This document shows, piece by piece, positions 57,417-64,000 of a DNA stretch of 64,000 bases; position 1 is the stretch's first letter, and each line of letters opens with the position of its first letter. A program made the translations under genes and the position numbers. This DNA comes from Candidatus Woesearchaeota archaeon. GTDB lineage: Archaea; Nanobdellota; Nanobdellia; Woesearchaeales; JBAZVA01. The stretch is from positions 9,101-73,100 of the forward strand of contig JBAZVA010000001.1 in NCBI GenBank assembly GCA_041661165.1. The letters run 5' to 3'. Below the pieces are notes generated by a model, which was not told the origin of the DNA, made no database searches, and saw only the letters and a program-made list of their open reading frames with translations.

Positions 57417-58097
57417 ATGACACTGGATATTGTGACAGCTAAAAAGTATCTTTCAAATGTAGATAAAAAAAGCGTTTTTAAATTAAAAAGAGGTCACGAA
57501 CTGTATAATCTTTCTGATTTGTATGAAGAATTAAAGATATCTTCAGACGACGATTTTAAACATCATGTAAATGAAAACAAAAATGATTTTGCAAATTGGG
57601 TTGCAGAGTGTATCGGTGATACGCACCTTTCTGAATCTATGAGAGAAACAAAAGACAAAGAAAAAACTTTGGAAAAAATAAAGGCGAGACTTTTTGTTTT
57701 AAAATTAATGACTATTTTAAAAGAAGATTTCGTTGACAATGAAATAACTGAGAAAGATGAAACAAAAGCAGAAAAATTATTTGAAAAAGAATTGGATAAA
57801 ATTGAAAAGGAGTCACATGCTGTAACCTTTAATCATGATACTTCAAGACACGATATAAGTAATTTAAAAAATGATAAGGGAACTTTAAAGGATATCAGAC
57901 AATATATTTCTGAGATGGAACAACACGAGAATGATATTGTAAAAGAATTATCAAACATAGAAAGTGAAAATAAAGGATTGAAAGATTTATTTAAAAAGAA
58001 TTTTTCTCACGGGTTCTTGCTTGGTATGACTGCAGGAATTCTTGTGATGATTATTGGATTAAAAATTCTTTTGATGGTTACTGGTACTGGTGCTTAA
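57417..58097 (+). CDS. hypothetical protein with C-terminal TM helix, embedded in the glycogen cluster
   Basis: Intact ORF with GAGGGA Shine-Dalgarno-like sequence upstream. C-terminal GFLLGMTAGILVMIIGLKILLMV. Confidence 0.5.
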   Translation: MTLDIVTAKKYLSNVDKKSVFKLKRGHELYNLSDLYEELKISSDDDFKHHVNENKNDFANWVAECIGDTHLSESMRETKDKEKTLEKIKARLFVLKLMTILKEDFVDNEITEKDETKAEKLFEKELDKIEKESHAVTFNHDTSRHDISNLKNDKGTLKDIRQYISEMEQHENDIVKELSNIESENKGLKDLFKKNFSHGFLLGMTAGILVMIIGLKILLMVTGTGA

Positions 58098-58241
58098 ATT
58101 AAGTAATTAATTTTATTTTATTATTATCATTTTTGTTATTATTATCGTCATTATTTTGTTTTTTGATTTGAGTGCGATTGATAAATGGGGTAAATGTTAT
58201 AATAGTTCAGACGATTTTAAAAATTTTAATTAAGGTGAATT

Positions 58242-60035
58242 ATGGTCGGGATATCTGGAGCAAAAGCGGACATTTGTTTTGAAGTGTCTTTTGAAGTGTG
58301 TAACAAAGTTGGCGGCATTTATACAGTTGTATCTTCAAAAGCAGAACATATGATGAAAAAATATAAAGAATATTATCTGTTCGGTCCATATTTTGAGAAT
58401 AAAGTTCTTGATGAATTCGAACCTTATCAAATGCCAGAAAAGTTTGTCGCGACATGCAAAAAATTAGCACAAATGGGTATTGAAGTATATTTTGGAAGAT
58501 GGAATATTAAGGGAAAACCCTGTGTGTTTTTGTTTGATTATAAGAATTTCTTTTCAAAAGAAGATGAATTAAAAAAATTCTATTGGGACAATTTTAAGAT
58601 TGATTCATACGGAAGAGGTTATGATTTTTCGGAACCTATGATTTTTGCAACAGCATGTGGAATATTTATTGAACTTTTTAAATCAGAAATTCCTGAGAAA
58701 AAGGCAATAGTGCATTGCCATGAATGGATATCAGGTTTTTGCGGATTATATTTAAAACAAAAAAATGTTCCGGTGGGGACTGTTTTTACAACTCATGCAA
58801 CAATGCTTGGTAGAACTATGTCAGGTTATGATGCTCCGCTTTATGCAAATTTATCTAATATAAACCCTTATGATGAAAGCTATAAAGCAAATATTCAGGA
58901 AAAACATTTAACAGAAGTTGCGTGCGCAAGTAATTTTGATGTATTCACAACAGTAAGTCCAATAACTGCACTTGAATGTGAAAAGTTGCTTTCGAAAAAA
59001 CCTGATGTGGTACTTCTAAACGGACTTAATGTTAGTAAATTTCCAACTTTTGAAGAGGCTTCGATAAAACATAAATTAATAAGAGAAAAAATTAGATTGT
59101 TTAATTCCTATTTTTTTGGTCCGTATCAGAAAGTTGATTATGATAATTCTTTGTTTTTTTATACTTCTGGAAGATATGAATATAAAAATAAAGGAATAGA
59201 TTTACTGATAAAAAGTCTTGGTAAATTAAATGAAGAATTAAAAAAGGATGAAAAATCAAAAACTGTTTATGTGTATTTTTTAATACCAAATGGAACAAGC
59301 GGAGTTAAAAATCAGATTGTATACAATAAAAATAAACTTTCAGAGATTAGAGAATATGTAAATAGATGTGTATATTCTATTGAAGAAAAGTTATTAAGAA
59401 ATATTGTTAATGAAGGAGAAGTTAAGATAGATACTTTTTTTTCTGAGGAAAATAAGAAAGAAATAGAAAAATTAAAACGTGAGTTTCATACAAAAAAACT
59501 TTCTCCTCTTTTGCTTACGCATAATGTTTGGGATGAACAGCATAATGCAATTCTTTCTGCATTTTATGCAAATAATCTTGTAAATAAACAAGATGATAAG
59601 GTTAAAGTTGTTTATTATCCTCTTTACGCTGAGGACAATGATGGTGTTTTTAATCTTCATTATTATGAACTTGTGTCAGGATTTCATTTAGGAGTATTTC
59701 CATCGTATTATGAACCGTTTGGCTACACTCCATTTGAAAGTGTCGCACTTTCTGTTCCTGCAATCACTAGTGACTTAGCTGGATTTGGAAGATTTTTACG
59801 AGAAAATGATTTGGATAATGAAGGAGTTTATGTACTTGATAGAATGAACACGTCATTTGATGACGCTGCAAATAAATTGTGCACTATGATGAATGATTTT
59901 ATTTCTTTGGATGTAAATAGCAGAGTTGATCAGAAAATTAAAGCACGAGATACTGCTACACATCTTGACTGGAATATTCTTATAGAAAAGTACGTTGAAG
60001 CGCATAATTTAGCACTTGAAAAAAGAAATTTGTAG
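58242..60035 (+). CDS. GT3-type (eukaryote-like) glycogen synthase
   Basis: N-terminal FEVSFEVCNKVGGIYTVVSSKA matches the E-V-x-x-E-V-x-NKVGGIYTV signature of GT3 glycogen synthases. HCHEW and TTHATMLGR are also present. Confidence 0.8.
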   Translation: MVGISGAKADICFEVSFEVCNKVGGIYTVVSSKAEHMMKKYKEYYLFGPYFENKVLDEFEPYQMPEKFVATCKKLAQMGIEVYFGRWNIKGKPCVFLFDYKNFFSKEDELKKFYWDNFKIDSYGRGYDFSEPMIFATACGIFIELFKSEIPEKKAIVHCHEWISGFCGLYLKQKNVPVGTVFTTHATMLGRTMSGYDAPLYANLSNINPYDESYKANIQEKHLTEVACASNFDVFTTVSPITALECEKLLSKKPDVVLLNGLNVSKFPTFEEASIKHKLIREKIRLFNSYFFGPYQKVDYDNSLFFYTSGRYEYKNKGIDLLIKSLGKLNEELKKDEKSKTVYVYFLIPNGTSGVKNQIVYNKNKLSEIREYVNRCVYSIEEKLLRNIVNEGEVKIDTFFSEENKKEIEKLKREFHTKKLSPLLLTHNVWDEQHNAILSAFYANNLVNKQDDKVKVVYYPLYAEDNDGVFNLHYYELVSGFHLGVFPSYYEPFGYTPFESVALSVPAITSDLAGFGRFLRENDLDNEGVYVLDRMNTSFDDAANKLCTMMNDFISLDVNSRVDQKIKARDTATHLDWNILIEKYVEAHNLALEKRNL

Positions 60036-60063
60036 TTTTTTAATAACTAGTTGGTTCTATTTG

Positions 60064-60177
60064 AAATGCCTTAACCAGCAAGCAGACTTGTATGCAGAAT
60101 ATGAGTACAGTTCAAATTGTACTTTCTAATTAGCACAATTATTTGCATAATCAATCAAGGCTGGTTGAGATATTTCT
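60064..60177 (+). repeat. intergenic element, subfamily A
   Basis: GAAATGCCTTAACCAGCAAGCAGACTTGTATGCAG...TTCTAATTAGCACAATTATTTGCATAATCAATCAAGGCTGGTTGAGATATTTC. Confidence 0.85.
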
Positions 60178-60192
60178 GACAAAAAAACAAAT

Positions 60193-61176
60193 TTAACTTC
60201 CGATATATTCGTTAAATGTCTTTAATGCGTCTCTTTCGTCTTTTGCCTTAATAATAACTCTTTTATCAGGAAAGATTGTGAAATCTTTGAATTTTATTAC
60301 TTTTCCAATTGTCTTTGATTTTTCTATTTTATCAAATCTTTTTCTAAGTTCTGTATTTTTGATTTTTTGTTTGATATAAAAAATATAAGTATTAGTTCCA
60401 CAAAGTTTTTTTATTTTTTCATTATTTTTGTCGTTATCGTTATCAATATCTAAATGTTTGTATATTTTATTGCAAGGATTACAGTTTTTCCTTCTTTTGA
60501 CTGACAATTTTGTCATTTCTAGAGTATTTAGATTAATGTAAATCATTTTTTCTTCAATTTTTGATAATGTTAAAAAATCAACGGCAATCGAAGTTGCAAT
60601 AGATGCGACATTAGTGGTACAAAAGTTAGTCACTCCTTCAATTCCGCACGTTTCTCCTGATTTTTCATTCATAAAACATTCAATACACGGACCAGTTGGT
60701 GTAACTAAGAAAATACTTCCGATATTTTTTATCGCACCCGTATAAAGCCAAGTCAATTTGTTTTTTTTGCAATAATCATTTAGTAGAAATCTTGTTTTTA
60801 GATTGTCAGTGCAGTCTATGATTAAGTCTGAGTTTTTTAATCTCAATTTAGAATCATTTATATTTTCAGAATTTAAATCGATAAAATGTACATCTATTTT
60901 TTCACAATATTCTTTTAATTTTAATTTTGCAACATCTACTTTTGCTTGTCCTACATTTTTTGTATCGTACAAAATTTGTCTTTCTAAGTTTGTTTTGTCA
61001 ATAATATCTCTATCAATCAAAATAAGTTTTCCAATTTCCATTCTAGCAAATAAATTAGCAACAATATTTCCAGTTCCGCCAACCCCTATAATTGCGACTG
61101 TCTTATTTTTAAGCAATTCATATTTTTGATTTACAAGTCTTGAACGAAGAAATATTTTTTCTTTTCTTTTTTGCAT
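60193..61176 (-). CDS. ThiF/MoeB/UbaA-like E1 adenylyltransferase with C-terminal extension
   Basis: VAIIGVGGTGNIVA (nucleotide loop), IDRDIIDKTNLERQ, CxxC (CIEC) and a second CNPC. Confidence 0.85.
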   Translation of the reverse strand: MQKRKEKIFLRSRLVNQKYELLKNKTVAIIGVGGTGNIVANLFARMEIGKLILIDRDIIDKTNLERQILYDTKNVGQAKVDVAKLKLKEYCEKIDVHFIDLNSENINDSKLRLKNSDLIIDCTDNLKTRFLLNDYCKKNKLTWLYTGAIKNIGSIFLVTPTGPCIECFMNEKSGETCGIEGVTNFCTTNVASIATSIAVDFLTLSKIEEKMIYINLNTLEMTKLSVKRRKNCNPCNKIYKHLDIDNDNDKNNEKIKKLCGTNTYIFYIKQKIKNTELRKRFDKIEKSKTIGKVIKFKDFTIFPDKRVIIKAKDERDALKTFNEYIGS

Positions 61177-61203
61177 AATTTGTCTCCTGTTTTTTTATGA
61201 GTA

Positions 61204-62220
61204 TTAGGTATGTTTGTGTTGTTTACTTTTTTTTGATTCTAATATTTCCTTACTAATGGGTGTGCAATCTAGCTCTTCTATGATTTTGCAGGCATTACAT
61301 ACGTCACCGCTGCAAGGCTCATTACATCTTTCGCAATACTTGAATTTATTATTTGGATTGTCTTTTACACTATTGTCAGGATTGTTGTTAGAACTGTTAT
61401 ACTTTTGCTTTAGTTCCGGCATAATCTCTAAGAAAGATTTTATTATTCCACTTTTTGTCGCCGGATATTTTTCTTCTAATGTATTTATTGCATCTCTTAT
61501 ATCTGCACGATAAGATTGTGTTATGTACGGACATTCCGCAAAGTCAACTTTGAAATTTTTTAATAGGCAAAATACTCGAGATTCTTTTTCTGATACGAAA
61601 TATAATGGTTTTATGCGTCTTACATATTTTTCATTGTCATTAAGGCCTGCCATTGGTCCTAATGCTGCATTTTGTTTTTGGTGTCCTTGTATTACATTCA
61701 TAATAAATGCTTGTGATTCGTCATCTTGATTGTGTCCTGTTACAAGTTTTGTTGCTCCCAATTTTCGTGCATAAACGTTTAACAGCACTCTTCTAAATAC
61801 TCCGCAAATTGTGCACGGTTTTTTACCAAATTTTTCGTATGCTACAGGTGAAAGTTCATCAAGTGTTTTTCCAAATACTTCTTTAAACGAGGCAGTATGA
61901 AGTTCGATATCAAAATTTTTACAAAACAATTCTAAATCTTCTTTTGTCTTGTTACGATATCCCAAAATACCTTCATCAATCATTAATGCAAATATCGGGA
62001 TGTTTCTTTCTTTACAGAATAAATTTGTGAAGTATAATACTGTAAGCGAGTCCTTTCCCCCACTTGTTGCAACACAAACTTTGTCTTCTATATCAATCAA
62101 ATGGTATTTTTTGATGGTTTTTGTGATTTTCTCTTCTAATTGGTAAAAGAAATGCTCTTTACAGTAAGGTCCATTTTGCAATTCTATTACTGCTTTTCTT
62201 TCACATTTGAAACATTTCAT
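61204..62220 (-). CDS. TtuA/NcsA (Ncs6/CTU1)-type tRNA 2-thiolation PP-loop ATPase
   Basis: N-terminal CFKC...C..H zinc finger, SGGKDS PP-loop, central C..C, and C-terminal CERC...CNAC zinc finger. Confidence 0.85.
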   Translation of the reverse strand: MKCFKCERKAVIELQNGPYCKEHFFYQLEEKITKTIKKYHLIDIEDKVCVATSGGKDSLTVLYFTNLFCKERNIPIFALMIDEGILGYRNKTKEDLELFCKNFDIELHTASFKEVFGKTLDELSPVAYEKFGKKPCTICGVFRRVLLNVYARKLGATKLVTGHNQDDESQAFIMNVIQGHQKQNAALGPMAGLNDNEKYVRRIKPLYFVSEKESRVFCLLKNFKVDFAECPYITQSYRADIRDAINTLEEKYPATKSGIIKSFLEIMPELKQKYNSSNNNPDNSVKDNPNNKFKYCERCNEPCSGDVCNACKIIEELDCTPISKEILESKKSKQHKHT

Positions 62221-62235
62221 GATTTTACCCTTTTA

Positions 62236-62370
62236 GTTTTGTTCAACAAAGTCTTTACCGGCAAGCAACACGGTATGCACTATTATCTTTGCACTTTCAA
62301 TCGTAGTAAATATTGGAACAATTATTAACGCAATACTATACAAGGCCGGTAGAAAGACTTTGGACAAAAC
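62236..62370 (+). repeat. intergenic element, subfamily B, between the TtuA-like start and the ThiS-like stop
   Basis: GTTTTGTTCAACAAAGTCTTTACCGGCAAGCAACACGGTATGCAC...ACAATTATTAACGCAATACTATACAAGGCCGGTAGAAAGACTTTGGACAAAAC. Confidence 0.9.
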
Positions 62371-62373
62371 CAT

Positions 62374-62613
62374 TTACCCACCGGATATTACTGATAATAT
62401 TCTTATTTTGTCTTTTTCTTTTACAATTTCATCTTCTGTCACAACTTCATCATTTATTACGACAATAGAAACTGATGATAGAATGGATAATTGCTTTAGA
62501 ATATCTTTTACGCTTGTAGTATTAGATAATTTAACTTTTTTGTATTCGTTATCTTTTTCTACAAACACTTTTAATTCTGCTTCTTTAACTATATTTTTAC
62601 TTGACTTTTTCAT
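62374..62613 (-). CDS. ThiS/MoaD/SAMP-like ubiquitin-fold sulfur carrier ending in Gly-Gly
   Basis: 79 aa ending ...RILSVISGG directly before the stop. Neighbours the E1-like and TtuA-like genes. Confidence 0.7.
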   Translation of the reverse strand: MKKSSKNIVKEAELKVFVEKDNEYKKVKLSNTTSVKDILKQLSILSSVSIVVINDEVVTEDEIVKEKDKIRILSVISGG

Positions 62614-62699
62614 GTTTTCCCTCTAGAGACTAATTCCCTATTAGTATAATATAGATGTAAATATTCTCGTTTATAAAACTATTTAGAAGAGAGTATCGG

Positions 62700-62790
62700 A
62701 AATATTCTTACTGGCTTTTACATGTAGTGCAAATAATAGTGTAAATTAGAAGTATACTTTGGAACCTGACAATAAGTGTGTCACCAGTAG
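62700..62790 (-). repeat. truncated or rearranged subfamily A copy
   Basis: CTTACTGGCTTTTACATGTAGTGCAAATAATAGTGTAAATTAGAAG...TTTGGAAC, then GTGTGTCACCAGTAGG. The GCGTGC..CTGCATAC box is missing. Confidence 0.6.
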
Positions 62791-62840
62791 GTAGCTACAG
62801 ATAGAAAGGTTTATAAATGTGTTTCACTAAAAGAAATTTT

Positions 62841-63131
62841 ATGGCAGTTACTGATATAATTATAGCGCTTGGAATCATTGCGGCACTTGCATTAGTTTTA
62901 TACATGTCAAAAGAAGTATTTCGTTGGGATAGAACACTTTTTTCTGCAAAAGGTATACTTTTCTCAATAATCGGATTTTTTGTATTAGTTATTGTAGTCG
63001 GAAGAATAATTTTAACGACATTAATTCAGGTAATTTTCGATGTTGCATTATTTCCGCTTTGGATATTCTTAGGCGGAATTGTTGGATTAGTTGGCATTTT
63101 CTACTTTGGTAAACTATTTAGACAGTGGTAA
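62841..63131 (+). CDS. small membrane protein (3 TM)
   Basis: Hydrophobic ORF. TTTATAAA box at 62809-62816 favours ATG 62841 over 62817. Confidence 0.45.
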   Translation: MAVTDIIIALGIIAALALVLYMSKEVFRWDRTLFSAKGILFSIIGFFVLVIVVGRIILTTLIQVIFDVALFPLWIFLGGIVGLVGIFYFGKLFRQW

Positions 63132-63148
63132 TTATAATTTTAAGTTAT

Positions 63149-63202
63149 TATTATTAAATAAGTTATATTTCCTAGTATTATTAAATAATATATATTTCTT
63201 AG
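63149..63202 (+). repeat. two tandem 27-nt direct repeats in an AT-rich spacer
   Basis: TATTATTAAATAAGTTATATTTCCTAG followed by TATTATTAAATAATATATATTTCTTAG, 23 of 27 identical. Confidence 0.6.
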
Positions 63203-63293
63203 AATTTATTTAAATTGATAAAAAACTAATTTAAAAGTTAAGAAATAACATAAAATTAAAAAATAATATAAAAGTCAAAAAACAAAAAAATAA

Positions 63294-64000
63294 TTATTTT
63301 CTATTACTTTCATACAAAACAGGTTCTTTTTCCTCAGGAGAAAGTGATCCTACTTGTTTGTCAAGTGTTATAATATATCTAACTCCATTTAGGCTTATAA
63401 TTTCTTTTGCAACTTCTTGATTTGCTGCGATTTTATATCCTCTAAAAAAAGTTCTTGTATTAAGTTGTTCTGATACGATTTCAGACACTTTTGAATCAAG
63501 TCTATCATCAAATGGTGGCACAATTTGAACATTGCCTTCTTTTGCATCACTTAACCATTTTTCGAATTTTGCTTTTTCTGCTAAATCCTTTGTATTTTGT
63601 TTAGAAAGGTTACTTGAGTTAATTCTGCTATTTATATCACTTAAATATAAATTTGCATACTCAATTGTTTTTTGTAATGCTTCTTTCAAATTTACTTTTC
63701 CATTATATAGAGAACCAATTACGATGTATGACTGAAGAACGTTATCGATGTCTCCTGTTTTTGCATATTCTCGTCCAACAGTTGTAAATGCATCTCTAAG
63801 TAAAAGTAATCTTTTCATACCAGTTCTTTTATCTAGTTCTGGAATATTTTTAAAAACGTAAGTTGTATCAAATTTGTCTCTTTCATTGTTTACAATTGTT
63901 TGTGGAACAAAAGAAGGTACATTATGATTTGCTGCATTTTCTTCTTGTTCTGCCATAATTGCATCTAGTGTAGTTAAATCAACTTTAGTTCCATTATCTG
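63294..64000 (-). CDS. hypothetical protein; the frame stays open upstream of Met at 63956 to the window end
   Basis: The track ORF is 63294-63956. The same frame reads ...DNGTKVDLTTLDAIMAEQEE through 64000, so the start may lie outside the window. Confidence 0.45.
   Translation of the reverse strand, partial: DNGTKVDLTTLDAIMAEQEENAANHNVPSFVPQTIVNNERDKFDTTYVFKNIPELDKRTGMKRLLLLRDAFTTVGREYAKTGDIDNVLQSYIVIGSLYNGKVNLKEALQKTIEYANLYLSDINSRINSSNLSKQNTKDLAEKAKFEKWLSDAKEGNVQIVPPFDDRLDSKVSEIVSEQLNTRTFFRGYKIAANQEVAKEIISLNGVRYIITLDKQVGSLSPEEKEPVLYESNRK

Noticed and set aside
1104-62790. The possibility that the dispersed repeats are CRISPR repeats or a degenerate CRISPR array.
   Set aside because: Copies are single, or at most paired, per spacer and are separated by whole genes. 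They are 105-165 nt long and have long terminal inverted arms. There is no regular repeat-spacer periodicity and no cas gene in the window.

Overview
This is a visibly AT-rich, gene-dense archaeal chromosome segment. The archaeal assignment rests on a thermosome, Elp3, a RIO kinase, a DRG GTPase, pilin-like proteins with class III signal peptides, GGPP synthase plus a UbiA prenyltransferase, and TATA-like boxes about 25-30 nt upstream of many start codons. By inference it comes from a small-genome uncultivated archaeon. I support about 64 protein genes. They include tRNA modification and sulfur-relay genes (ThiI, cysteine desulfurase, Dus, Elp3, TtuA/NcsA-like, a ThiF-like E1 and a ThiS-like GG-tail carrier). 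There is a copper-efflux cluster (CopZ, an HMA-permease-cupredoxin fusion, CopA) and a glycogen cluster (GT4/5-type synthase, GH57, GT3 eukaryote-type synthase). Other genes include SerRS, GMP reductase, MscS, an orphan HisB, one IS481-like transposase and many hypothetical proteins. I saw no rRNA gene, no complete tRNA gene and no CRISPR array. The main unexplained signal is non-coding. A 105-165 nt element with long, copy-specifically co-varying terminal inverted arms and conserved internal boxes occupies most intergenic spacers. By my coordinates there are at least 26 loci totalling about 3.6 kb. The element exists in sequence subfamilies, carries optional nested hairpin modules (one found in both orientations, one shared across subfamilies), and occurs once as an element-within-element composite. 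Secondary leads are a transglutaminase-like gene split exactly at an in-phase A-AAA-AAC slippery heptamer, an AbrB-like/KaiC-like/V4R-like operon next to the IS with a matching GGGATAA-N14-TTATCC(C) palindrome at two promoters, an identical 15-nt promoter module on tRNA-modification genes, and a coiled-coil membrane gene trio of unknown function. Product calls come from motif recognition by eye and no database search was possible. Repeat coordinates are from manual alignment and may be off by a few nt.
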